A stretch of DNA of 64,000 bases, taken from contig OZ241829.1 in the NCBI GenBank assembly GCA_965202585.1, positions 35,464,001-35,528,000 on the forward strand, given 5' to 3'. Shown here one piece after another: positions 38,342 to 51,327 of this stretch. Position numbers and translations under genes: made by a program. Below the pieces are notes generated by a model that saw only the letters and a list, made by a program, of their open reading frames with translations, was not told where the DNA came from and searched no databases. The stretch comes from Thalia democratica (Eukaryota). The first letter of the stretch is position 1. Each line of letters opens with the position of its first letter.

Positions 38342-38779
38342 GGGAACAGGTCAAATATGCACGATAATATGACATTTTTGCACGGGAAGTCACTTTTGCA
38401 CGAGAGTAAATAAAAAGAACAAAAAAGAAAAATATATAGCATAAAAACAAAAACAAAATAAATTAATAAAAAAAAGAAGAAAAAAAGTTACCGACCGAGG
38501 GTAAGGGGTAACAGTGATAGAAAATAAAAAACAATATTAAGTTGTAAAAATTATAAAAAAAACAATTGATTAATAAACAGCAAAATAAAAAGTTACCAAC
38601 CGGACAAAGGGTTAGGGTTAACATTGATGGTAAAAATTAAATAATTTGAAAAAAATATGAAAAAATCTTACTTGTACAAAAGCTTCTTTGTGCGAAACTG
38701 ACGCCGTGCAAAGTTGTCCCTTTGTAGAAAAGTGGCTTTCGTGCAAAAGCGTTTCTTCGTGCATATTTGACATCTACCC
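38342..38779. mobile_element. Non-autonomous TIR element, GGGTAG..GTCA family
   Basis: GGGAACAGGTCAAATATGCACG / CGTGCATATTTGACATCTACCC termini with subterminal TTTTGCACG repeats. Confidence 0.75.
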
Positions 38780-40999
38780 TAATTAAGTATACAATATTTA
38801 AAAACAGTTAAACTTTTAATTGTTTTTTAGTTTATTTACTTTTATCAAACTTTATTTAAAACTTTTAAAGTATAGAGTCAATATTATTCTTTTGTAATTA
38901 TCGATAAATTTATTAATCTTATATAATATTTTAAGTTGTATATAGAGCACTTAAAACTATGACTTTAATAAACTTTTTTCTATAAATACATGTGACAAAG
39001 TTTCACTCTAACAAATATCTCAAATAAGCATTGCATTTAAAAATAGATTTTTTATTAGTTTCTTATCGCGGCCCGCTTAACTTTTTCCGCTGATGTTATA
39101 ATAACGTCTAAAATAACTTGCATCATGAAATAACCGTGTTTGACCAAAATTAGTTGAAGTGAATGATTTTTTTTTCAGTTATGCTAAAACTTCGACACAC
39201 ATGTTTTGAACATTACTCATAACAACTTTGCATCCGTTGAAGACTTGTTTGCTTTTACGATTAATAATTTTTTAAATTTTGCTAAAATATGAAAGTATAC
39301 AAATAGTATCTTGAACTTGCGAAATTTAACGGAAGCTTGATTTATAAAAATAATTTGATATGTCTGTGAAGTTGAGTTCAAGTATTAAAACAGTAGTTTC
39401 GTAGTATTTGCAACCTAGCTCAGAAGGGGCAATGTAATGGTCTGTTAAGATAATTTTTAGCAGTGAAACTGCTGTAAAAACTATTTTATTTATTGATTAA
39501 AAACTGTTATGTAAATTAATATCTGGCCTATTCAACTTCAGGTGTTTTAGTTATACTGCTTATTTATATATTCAGTCGCCTTTCAAAAAATATCTCCAAT
39601 AAATTATATGTTTGTTTAAATATCTACAAAATGAGTTTAATTGTACAAACTAAATTTTTTATATGTTTTGGTAACAAAGATTTGTTTCTTCGTGTAAACT
39701 TTTTAAAGAATCGTCAATACTTTTATATTAAGTAAGACAAAAGTTACAGTACCTTATTCGCAATGTTTACTAAAACTTTTAGTTTAGAAATTACGCAATA
39801 GTTTTGTAAGTTCTTATTATAAGTAAATTAAAAACTTGAAAAAAAATTATCTACTTAAAAATCCTTTTAACCATTAATGACAGACATGAGCCATAATTGC
39901 CTTGCAGCATTAACTTTTAATAATATATGTCTACATAACTACTAAAATTGTCGATACAATAAATAGTCAATCAGTAAGTTGCTAAGAGTATGCTGACATA
40001 TGTATTATAGTGAGATATGTACTCAATCAATCTTGTAGTATAAAATAAACAATCTTTTTTTTATGAAGGCATTGTTGATAAAAAAAAAAAATTCAGCACC
40101 ATAGCTGCTTTACTATACGCTTTTTTGATTAAAGTTTTTATTTTATTTATGTCATTACGAATGTGATAATGTACAATTTGTAAACTTTTGTTCTAAATAA
40201 ACCACTATTACTTATTATTAATAGTCGATGGCTACAAATAAGGCTTCAAATTATTTTTTCAAAAATAACATTCTAAAAAATATAAATATTCTCTAATGAA
40301 TTTTCAAATATTTTTAAAAGTTTTTATTTGGCACTAAATCATGTATATATATATCTATCTTAATTTTTATTTTTAATAATACTCTCTGCATGTTAAATAT
40401 CTTTTATTTAATCAGTTAACTATAATAATGTTCATTTAAAAGTCTTGCAAAATAGTAAAACACAAAAGTATTTAATAAAAAATGCATTTGTTAGATACTT
40501 GCCTACTAAATACTCTTCTAAAAGCTTGAAAAGTAGAATCATAGTTATAAAACTTAAAGGAAGAACGTATACTGAAGTATAAAATAATCAAATAGTTTCA
40601 CTACTTTAAATCTATATAAGAATTTACTTAAAAAGACAATAAATCAAAAGATTTTAAAAGTTTACACAGTTTTTTAAAAGCTAAAAAATAATAAGATTTT
40701 ATAAATTTTCGCATTAATTGTTTTTCCTTCTGTGTAAATCTAGAATCGTTTTACTTATTTAACTTATCTATATTACAAAAATTATTTAAAATTTTTACTA
40801 AAACTATATAAATATACTTTAAATTACTAGCCTTTTATTTAATATATGTTTTTACTGTATAAACTATTATGGGAACCGCTCAGTTCCAACCCGCGATCAA
40901 ATCCGAGAATTGCTTAACGACCAAGGTTAGTGGTAACAGTAGTAGAAAAAAAAAACATAAATTATTTAAGAAGATAAAAATAGTTTTGGTGGAAATTGT

Positions 41000-42355
41000 G
41001 GAAGCGGGTCACTTTGGCAAGGCATCACTTTATCACTGTGGGTCACTTTTGAATCGTTTTTATTTATTTTCTGTATATGCTGGCATCGTCTTTTTTTAAC
41101 AGTTTTCTTTTTCGCACGGATCTTCTTTAAAGATTTTTTAACAGAATTTTTTTTAATAATTATTTAGAACTCTGCAATCTACAAAAAATGTGTTTTAAAT
41201 CTAAATTTAAAAAAATTAAGTTAAACACGCAGTAAATTCGTACAAATTTAAAGCTTAATTTAGAATTTTTTAGATTACAACAATTTAGATTTACAACAGT
41301 TTTAGAAAAGTTTTCACATAAATGGCTTTTCTTAGTTTTACTAAACTTTTTTGACTAAAAATAAATTAAAACTGTAGTGCAAATATTATAATGTCTTAAG
41401 GAATAAAGAAACAAAAAGTATTAAATATAAATTACAAAATAAGTCAATGATAATCTACTAAAACTATCTAAAACCAGACTTTAACTTGTTTTCGTACAAT
41501 TTTGCTGCTTTGTATTCTTGAGTTTTTTTACAAAGTTTAAAAAAGTTTCAGTTTTATTTTTAAGTTATAAAATTGAAATTGTATTGAATAGTTATTATTA
41601 AGGTAGTTTGAAATGTATACAACTATTAAATTACAAACTTTAACATTTTTAGCTTTGATTTTAAATAGTGTTAAAATAAAGCTATAATATACTTAAAAAA
41701 AGTTAAAAATAAATGTCATTACATAGTTGTTAAGAAAATTAGGTTTTCATTAACAAAACAATATATTAAATAATAACTGTTCGAAATATATATTTAATCG
41801 TTTGCTAACAAAAGATCCTAGTGAAACAAGTTCACTGGAATATAAATAAAAACAAATTATACAGTAATCTTCCTTTATTCTACCAACATATGTTTCTGTG
41901 TGTTAACTAATCAACACACAGAAACATATGTTGATACAGTTAAGGAAGATTACTGTATAATTTGTTTTGATTAACTTTTATATATAATTTTTTAACAAAG
42001 TTTTAATTCAAGCTTAAACTTCATACAAAAAAAGATTTTTTATATTTATTTCATTTTTATTATATCATTTTTATCAGTTTTTAATCAGTTGAATAAAGAA
42101 TTTCATATTTCTTTTTACTTTAAAAAACACTTTGAAAAGCTTTAGTTCATGCTAAAATGAAATTTCGTGCTAAAGTGACGATGTGCAAAAACCATCGTGC
42201 TAAAATAACGCACCGTGCTGAAGTGATGCAGTGCAAAAGTGACGCACCAGGCAAAAATGCCTTTCCGTGGTTAAACGACGCCGTGCAAAAGTGACGCACC
42301 GTACAAAAGTGATGTACCGTTCTAAAAAGCAGCTGTGCTATTCTGACTCCCTACC
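41000..42355. mobile_element. GGGTAG..GTCA-family element with a ~20-bp subterminal repeat array at 42160-42320
   Basis: Left-end-like gaagcgggtcacttt at 41000; an array of gtgcaaaagtgacgcacc units; right end gtgctattctgactccctacc. Confidence 0.5.
41772..41968. repeat. Hairpin repeat element, short (internally deleted) copy
   Basis: Inverted arms at about 41850-41968; shares its upstream flank with 46688-46760. Confidence 0.85.
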
Positions 42356-43040
42356 GGAATTGTGCGCGGTGTGAATTTAAGTATACCACTAATATATAAG
42401 TAAAATAATCGGTAAAAGACTTCTAGTCCTTACTTTTTAATTTTTTCACTAATGTTAAACGAAATTATGTTTATAGCGTTTTTTACCATATTTTTACGAT
42501 AAAACTATTCAAAAAATTAAACAAAATTTTGTATGTGTAAGCAGTAAATGTTATCAAGTAATTGTTTGTACAACTTAAAAAACTTTTAAACACTAATAAA
42601 CGAAGTGTGAAAAGTAAGAAAAGTTTAAAACTATGTTTAAAGAATAAATATATAAGGAAATATAGTTAAATTTATTGTAAAACTATGTTTTGTTTAGATA
42701 TACTTAGCAGTTACTTTTTTTCTAACAAACAAATTCAGTTCAAGAAGTTGAATTTTTACTTTTTTATTAACTATCTTAAAATAGACTAATTCGATAATAT
42801 AACCTAATAAATAACAAAACAATAATTTCTTATTCACACATCGTAACTAAAAAAATAGATTTACAAAAAAGCATCATGCAATTTAGTATGCTTTTTAACA
42901 ATCTTATTTTTCATTTTTAACAATTTACTATCAAGATAAAAATGTCTTTTTAAAACAAAAATATTTTATAAATTTATCAAAAAAAAAAACTCCGTCTGAT
43001 TAAAACTAAAACAATTTGAAGCGATCCCTGCTCTACAACT

Positions 43041-46000
43041 TCATTTGGACATTGTGGCGTTTTTCGTTTGTGGAGTTGAGGACAACTTCAAAGCTTGCAG
43101 CAGCTTGTCCTTCTCGGCGAAGTAGCTGTGGAACCACGCGATGTGCTGCCGCTTCTCGGCAACTGACAGGTGCGGGTTGAGCGACAGGGCGGCTGCAACC
43201 CCCTCGATGAAGCTCTTTACCGCCCCCACCGGTCGCCACCCGAGCTCGCCGTACACGTAGTCGTGCAGGAAGACGTGCTCGTGGAAGGGGGTTTCCCTTT
43301 CGGACTCGCTCACGCCTGTTGGTGGAAGTTGTGGTTGGTAAACACTTTTAACAATTTTTTGTTGATGCAGCTGCTAATTGAGTTTGACATATTTTTAATA
43401 AAAGTTCTTTAACAATGGGTGTGATTTAATAAAAAGTATTTCTAAAAATTTATATTAAAGAAGTTGCAGAAAAAAAAAAAAGATAATCATTTTGCGTTTC
43501 TCCTTTTTAGTAAGACCACATGTACAAGCTAAAAATTTAGATTTTAGTTAGCAAAAAATGTATTTGTATCGAGCTGTTCTTATTGAATTATGTTTTAATT
43601 TCAGATATTGATATGTATCATTGGCAAAGAACTAATATTTAATAGTTTAAGTGTATGTCTATTTTATTCAGCTATATCAAAAGCAATAAGTTAATAAACA
43701 AAAAATAGAACTAAAAAAGACTAAAACTATGCATTATTAAATTGAAAACACTGATTAATTTTACGCAGGCTAAGTCATAAACCAAGTAGACATATAGTAT
43801 TAAGTACATATAATATATAATATTAAACTACAAAAAGCTAGTTAGTAAATAGCACTTAGGTTTATTGCATACTAGTCTCGCTAAGTAGAATAATTAAAAT
43901 ATCAAAACATATCATAAATTTACAATATAAATATTTCAAACATCACCAACGAACCTTCCTCGTTGTCAACAGGGAACGTCCACAGTTTTCCCTCCTCCGT
44001 CCACACTATCTGCTCCTGGAAAGCGTTGCTGGGGTACGGCATGTCGTAGCAACGGTCGTTGACCTCGTCCTCAAGCTCGTTGTACCAGTCGGTCGCCGTC
44101 CAAGCTGATTGGTCCACTGGTCGTTTCCGCTGTTGGTCGTTGGTTGGAATAAACGTGGCGAGATTGGTTGGAAGTTATTTAAATTTTGGTTTAGGGAGAG
44201 TTTAAACGGAATTAATAATTTTAAAATTAAATTTTAAACGGATTAAAATTAAAAACAAATAAAACGGATAAAATTAAAAAAAAATTTTAAACGGAGTTTA
44301 TAATGCCAGAACTATTAATCAATTTTCTTATCCCTATTTCTAGTTTTAACACTAATCACATTTATTATATAAGAATAAAAAATCTCGGATGTTTTATTCG
44401 TACAAAATAATTAAAAAAATTCTAATTAAAGTTTAGTTGTGATCTTGTTTCCACTTATCATAGAAGGTTTTTAGCTATTATGCATAAATATTATCTTAAG
44501 GCGAATTTTTAAACAAAACTAATTAAAGATATTTTTTTTAACATCAAATTATCTTTGTAAAGCTATGTAGAGCTTATTGTATCGTATTTTATTATCTACT
44601 GTTATGTTAACAGATCGTTCGTTTTTCAATACTAAATATGTTCAATGTAGAAGATCCGATACTGGACAAGGAATATCTAGTCGTCAATATGTAAGAAGTT
44701 AAAGAGGACAAGTGCCTCCTAAACATTGATGACAGCTGTCTGTTAGAGAAATTCATTTACACTACCAACACTAGTCCTAACTTTGCTCACAGCAACACCA
44801 GTTAAGTTGTAGTAAAAAAAAACATTTTCAAGGTTTGTCTAATGTGATACTTGCGGAATAGATTACAGGTATTGTAAATTGTTTGATTTACGTCATTAAC
44901 TCTTTTCACTTCAGAATAAATGAGTCCGCATATAAAAAGGGTGTGGCCAGCAGAATTATGGACATAAAGTAATTGTTGAACGTAAATAAGCTCAAAGAGG
45001 TCATGTCCTACATGCAAGGCCAGGAAAGAAGTCCTTAATGTATTGTATACTGATACTCATAAAGAAGCATAAAGTTGTTTGCAGAAAAAATTGGATGGAA
45101 GGTCACAAGAGAAGGCACACCGGAGAAAGGTATTTAGACCATTTTTAATGTTGCAGCGTGTAAACTGGCTAACAAAACAAAGCATCAAACCAAATTTGAA
45201 CATGTCATAGGTTGAATGGGTCAAAAGATCATCATGTTGAGAAATTTCAAGTTCAATTTGCACTGGTGACAGAAAAACTTCTCACCAAATGAAATATGAG
45301 AAATGTTTCAGTCTTCTCGCCGCCGAGGCTACAAACTATTGAGTTCTCCACACTACAGGGACGGCAGATGCTCACAGGGTTGCCAAATATTTTCTCCAGG
45401 TTTTCAAAATTTCCTCGAGGTTTTAAAAGTACACATTTTTGGGTCTATTCTTAGTTTGAAATTAAGTTTAAGGCAAAAAACTGTATTAAATAGTATTAAA
45501 ACATTTAAAAGATACTGTAAAGCTATGTGTAAAGCTAAATGTGTTTTTTAATAAAAAAAGTTTTCGACCATGACAATTTATTTTTATATATATGGTAGAT
45601 TTTTTGCGTCAAATCAAAATTTTTCTACTTAAGATGTAATTTTTTTTAAATTCCAGGTATTTCAAGGTCTTATAGTGATTCTTGTTCAAAATTTCAAATT
45701 TTTCCAGGTTTCCAAGATTTTGGCAACCCTGTGCTCAAAACCTTCCCGCTGAAATCATCAATCGTCCTCATCCAGGGACATAAGCCAAAATCCAATGCGC
45801 GATAGCAAGGAGTATTTATTATCAATCTAGCAGATATAAAATTGATAATTAAACATAAAAATCAGGTACAATGGTTGTCACACGTTCCATGGTAGCTATG
45901 GATATCTAAACAGCCATGGATTTTATGACTCCCTGGATGATTTTAATGACTAAACGGAGACACTAAAAGTCGAGTAGAAGGAGAGTACGTTTATGCTTTG

Positions 46001-49000
46001 GTGGTTTTGAGAAGAATTTACGTGCTACTTGCCTAAGGACCAAATGCGCAAGGGTGGCTTGAACGTAAATTAAACAGTACAAGAAAGTTGATGAGCTTTC
46101 CTGATTAACAAGGATGGAGTTAGCATGGACTTCTAGATATTTTTTTGTGCGCACTTTTATAGGTTTATAATGAAGTTAATTATTTTTTTTAATAAAAAAA
46201 ATTATATCACATAACTTTTCTAGGGTCTATTTCGGTATTATGAGATTTGATACTTTGTCAACCCCTTTTAAATAAAGATTTTAGTGGTTTGAAAAAGTTT
46301 GGGGCAATGTAGAGTTTTTAGCTCAAATAATTCATTATCTAATGCTATATTTAAAGACTTTTAATTATTTAAAATTTAACAAACTAAATAAGGAGGTATT
46401 CTCTTATCCTAACTGTGAATCTTTGCTGAGGTATAACGCATAAATATAAAACTTATATTAGGCAGTTTTGAAAAGATGACTTAAAGATTTTACATATGTT
46501 GTATTGAAATAAAATAAATCAAGATACAAAACTAGTTTCTTTATAATCAAAAAGTGTAGTCAAAACAAATAAAAACAATATTTTAACTTACAAAGGTTAT
46601 TGCATCAACTGAGTTCTCATTTAATTTGAATATGTTCAGCCTGTTTAAATCATTATAAATGAGCCGAAAAATTTATAAACAATAGTATAACTGTTCAAAA
46701 TATAGTTTTAATTGTTTGCTAACAAAAGATCCTAGTGAAGTAACTTCACTTGAACATAAATAAAAACAAATTATACAGTAATCTTCCTTTATTCTACCAA
46801 CATAAGTTTCTGTGTGTCAACGAATCAACACACTTCAACTGGGTTGTTATCTTTCCTATTAACAACCCAGTTGAAGTGTGTTGATTCGTTGACACACAGA
46901 AACATATTTTAGTAGAATAAAGGAAGATTACTGTATAATTTGTTTTTATAAACAATAGTATAGTGAGAAGAAAATTTTTTTTAATGCTTTAAGACAACAT
47001 ACACATCTCAATCGAAGAAACTTTTAAAATTGTAAAAAAAAATTCACAGTACAAGCATTCTATATTTTTACATAAGCAAAACTTCAACTTATTTTTGTAA
47101 AGAAAATGAATACTTGTACAAAATAATTCTTATGTATTTTTCAAGAATAGAACAAGTACATAAGTGTAAAATTAAAAATACTCTTTAATTAAAATCAACA
47201 GTCATTTCATAAATTACTCAAATCAAAAAAACTACTACTTTTAATAAAATAATAGCTTAAGGAAACTAACAAATACATACTATATATATTTTTTTTAATT
47301 AATTGTAGTAAAAAATACTAGAATACCATAACTTTCTAATAAAAAAACTATTTTACCTCTCATTAACTCCAACTTTCCTAGCTGAATTAGCCCTGAAAAA
47401 ATATTTACATATGAGACTTTTATACTTTTCAGTTACATCTGCTTTTTAATTTTTTTAATACAACTTCTAATGTTTATAATTTTTAAAGTTTAAAGTGAAT
47501 ACATAAAATTATTTAATAACTTATAAGCAGTTAAACATATGTTAAGAAACAACTAATAAGTTTAATGTTGTAACAAAAACGTTATTAGATACAACTGAAT
47601 TAAACTATCTCAGTTATTCATAATTTTTTTTATATTGTATTGAAGAAAAAAAAAATTAAGGCTATATTGGGGCTTAAAACTTAGTTTTTACAATACAGTG
47701 TTCTTTTGTAGATATTTAGCTAACTTATGAGTTGTTTTAAAGCATTTAAATAAATTTAAAATAAAGTTGAGCTATAATAGTTTAATTCATAAGAATCAAT
47801 TTGGCTTACAATGAAAAGCAAAAACTAAACAGGGAAAAATAAATACCATTTATTTAAAATGTTATCGTATTAAATAATAATTACAGCAAATGCTTCCAGA
47901 GTCTATTATTTACTTGAAAACTAAAACACAAATTCTCGTATGAGATTTTGAAATTTATATAAATACATACTTTTTAAGATTTAACATAGTTTTTACAATT
48001 TTCTTAGAAAAAAATTCTTTAAATAATGGAAGAAACAGTTTAAAAAAACTTGAGGTATCTAGAAAGAGATATAACTTGTATGATTCTTTTTTAATTTTTA
48101 TAAATTTGGAATAAATTTTTTCATCCATAAGTTTTCACAGAAACACTCAAAAAAAAAGTATATGTAAATGTTTTAATACTTTTTTTTACTATAAAAGCAT
48201 TTCATGTTTATAGTGTTTGCTTTTGAATGATATGTTGTGCCAAAGGTATGAATTATTCTTTAGTTTTTAGAAAGAATTTATAATACAACAAAAAATAAAT
48301 ATTTTGTGAAGTTTTCAAAGACAAAACACCAAATAAATAAAGTATCATAAGGAGTTGCATATTTTTATTGCGTATAAAACGTTGACTGACTTGCGAAAAC
48401 GCACACTTCGTAGTAAACTGAAATCAACACGTTTAATGACGTGAAAGAGATATTTACGAAAACTATTTATATCACTCCGCAAGAAGGGAACATTTAAGAA
48501 TCGCAAAATAGTCAGCAAACTGTAAGAAACGAAGCTGTTAGTTACTATTGCATGCATCTTATTATTACAGATTACCTATTTATTATTTGATACAGTTCCT
48601 TTCTTGAGATTTAATAAATTATTATTTTATCAATGAAGTACTTAACTTTAGTTCTAAATGTGTGATAGTTTATAACTTAGGAACATAATTTACTTTATGT
48701 AAGACACATTATTTGTAGCTTTAGCTTTGTAAGCTACTCGTAAGTAAGGCAGTTAATTTAGCTTGAGCGTTTAGAGACCACATATCAAACATAAGATCTC
48801 AGTACTATTTAAACCCATATACATAACCAGTATTGTATTAAATACAACTGTGTTTATAATGTAACTTTAAATTGAAAATACATGCACTCCTTATGTCTTC
48901 AAATGAAAAAATTAATGAGTAAGTAAATAATAAACAAAACTCAAATATCTGTCAAACCGAGGTTTTTTGAAATCTTCAAACTTTTTTTCGATTTTCTTTG

Positions 49001-50653
49001 AAGACTCCTTCATTGCCACAAGCTGGCTTATGATGTCCATTTCCACTTCTTCTTGCATTTTCTTGTCTGCACTCATTTCCAAACTCACTTCCTATACGTT
49101 GATATAACTTTGTATCATTCAATTTACCCAATTAAAGAACTTAAAATTAGTAAAATTATAAATATCTTAGTTGTATTTGATTTATTATGTTTAGTGAGTT
49201 TTTTTATTAATAATTTTGTTTAAAAAGGTAGTGATTACGTTTTTACACTTAAATCTATACTCAGTTTAAAGACTGATCTTCAATTTTGACGTTTCTTTAA
49301 CTAATTATTTATACTTAAAAACATTACTATAATTTTTCTAGTTAAATAAATGTAAAAAACAAAGTAACTTTACCAAGATATTATTTTCAAACTTAATTTT
49401 CATCAGTTTATACACTTACATAAAAAATACTTTATTTTGTAGGTTTTGAAGAGAAAATTAACTGAAAACTTCAACTAACCTTTGCAAGAACTTCAAGATT
49501 TTTGGAATTTTTTTTCTTTCTATTTCTCTGTAAAAATTATTAATTTAAACACTATTTTACTAATTCAATTAAATTTAGTAAATAAGCAAAAGAGCAGTGT
49601 GGTCTTAATGTATAGTTAACTTAATTGAATAAAATAAAGAAGTCTCAGTGTGGTAAATAAATATCATAAGAGAACAAGTAAAACAAAAAATTAATAAACA
49701 TATTTATGCAATCTATTACATTTTAAGTTTGAATAAAAGTTTTATAATAATTTTTAACTAAGACTTTATCTATCATAAATACCTTTTTTCTTTTTTTGAC
49801 GATTGTGTTCTTTACAGATGAAGTTTTTATTTCAACATTCTCAACACCTTCTTCACTTAACTAAATATTAGATTGCTAAACTCATTTTAAAACAATGAAT
49901 TTAAAAATAAATATCCATAACTAAGAGTTTTTAAAGTTATTACGTTAAAAACAACAAACTAAATGTAATTCAACAAAACTTTTTAAACTTTAGGCTTAAG
50001 ACATTTATTAGTTCAAAACTAAGATGGAGTTAATCTAATGACTTCAACTAGAAACAAAACAAAGTGAACTAAAGAAAACATAAAATAGTTATTTACAAGT
50101 GAAAAATTGAAAATAATAACCTGTTTTGGATTGTCTACTTTTGTTTTTTTCACAGATACCTCCTTAATAACTTCAGAGTTGATTTTATCTACCTAAAAAT
50201 GGTTGACATAGTTTCAAATAAAAAAACTGAAAAGTACAAAAAAGAGACTGGTGATAGTTTATTTTAGCTATTCCAAAAAACTAAAAATAATAAAAGACTA
50301 CTAAATTAAATTTTGCTTATAAGGTTACTTTCAAACTTTATTGACATGTAAAAAACATTAAAAAAAACCATCAGCATAATCAACTTATTTAATTGAAAAA
50401 ATGCTTGAAAATTATATGTATATAGAGGCTTCTTTTATTTTGCCTAGTATTTACAACTTACAGCATTGGTAATTTCAGACTCATCTTTTTTCCATAAAAA
50501 CGAGCTTGTATGAATACTTCTACCAAGTGCAAGGGTGCACTTATCAACTTTTTGAAATGGCAGATTATGTAAAGAATTTTTTGTTGGACATGATACAGCT
50601 GCAAATGATCTGTAGTTGAACTTTTTTAACAATGATATGTATCTATTTGACAT
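43041..50653 (-). CDS. MRPS31: Mitochondrial ribosomal protein S31 (mS31), 9-exon model: 50653-50462, 50192-50121, 49860-49783, 49527-49480, 49091-48958, 47392-47357, 46640-46592, 44129-43955, 43315-43041
   Basis: RLNIF, NAFQEQIVWTEEGKLWTFPVDNEEG, FHEHVFL and LSLNPHLSVAEKRQHIAWFHSYF match MRPS31. All introns are GT-AG and in phase; the exons sum to 1059 bp (352 aa + stop). Exon 1 looks like a mitochondrial presequence. The middle exons are less certain. Confidence 0.85.
44640..46150 (+). pseudogene. Decayed coding-like island (unidentified element) inside an MRPS31 intron
   Basis: Raised GC with long stretches interrupted by stops and frameshifts; split by the 45375 MITE. Confidence 0.3.
45375..45731. 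mobile_element. MITE family A, perfect 6-bp TSD
   Basis: tgctca|CAGGGTTGCCA ... TGGCAACCCTG|tgctca. Confidence 0.92.
46688..46949. repeat. Hairpin repeat element, long copy (190-bp fold-back plus a short stem-loop)
   Basis: Arms span 46760-46949 with 38-bp and 44-bp perfect stems and a 10-nt loop; AGTGAAG-TAA-CTTCACT stem-loop lies upstream. Confidence 0.92.
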
Positions 50654-51327
50654 GTTTTTGATCTAAAATAGTATTTAAATTTGCTGTAAAATAAGACAGT
50701 GCAAAATATCAAATTAAATATTTCTAAACACAAAATTGCCACTATCGACTATATTTCGTATGACTTTTCATTACATTGAATTTTCAGACATAATGTTTAA
50801 AAGAAAAGTTTTTAAAGGTTAACTAATAGAATAGTAAGTATTATTTTTTCATACAAATAAAAACTTTAAAATAGGTTTTGAAACATTTTCAAAAAATATT
50901 TTTAGAAGTTAAATTTGTAGGGTTAGTATTTATTAAATTGCAATAGAGAATACTCAAATTGTATACAGTTTGTTACAATACATAAACTATTTTTAACTTT
51001 ATTAAAAGTTTTCTAATTCTCTAAATATTTTATTTCAAAAACAAAATTACTTCTTCAAATATAAAAAAATTACTTTTCAAAACATAAATTTAAACATAAC
51101 AATATAATTTTTTTTAACTTTGTTAAGAAATATATCAAATGTTGCAGCCGGTATAATAAATATCCTAAAAACATCCATACAAAAACAATTAGTCAATTGA
51201 ACAAAAATGAATAAATAGTCTAAGAACTTGAAGATTTACTTCAATTTAATAAGCTTACATTGGATAGGGCGCATACACATAGTTAAAAATAATTTAGCAC
51301 AATAACAAAACTTTTTCTAGGCTAAGA

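Noticed and set aside
42160-42350. ~20-bp repeat array as a CRISPR or regulatory array
   Set aside because: It is a subterminal repeat array of a TIR element seen several times in the window.
43033-43412. ORFs 43033-43239 (-) and 43170-43412 (+)
   Set aside because: Shadows of the GC-rich last MRPS31 exon.
45303-45551. 82-aa ORF
   Set aside because: It reads across a MITE boundary and is chimeric.
47885-47920. Possible extra 36-bp MRPS31 exon (FQVNNRLWKHL)
   Set aside because: It is phase-compatible but has no homology support and is not needed for the frame; cDNA would be required.
48345-48557. 70-aa ORF in an MRPS31 intron
   Set aside because: It would terminate MRPS31 prematurely and has no recognisable motif.
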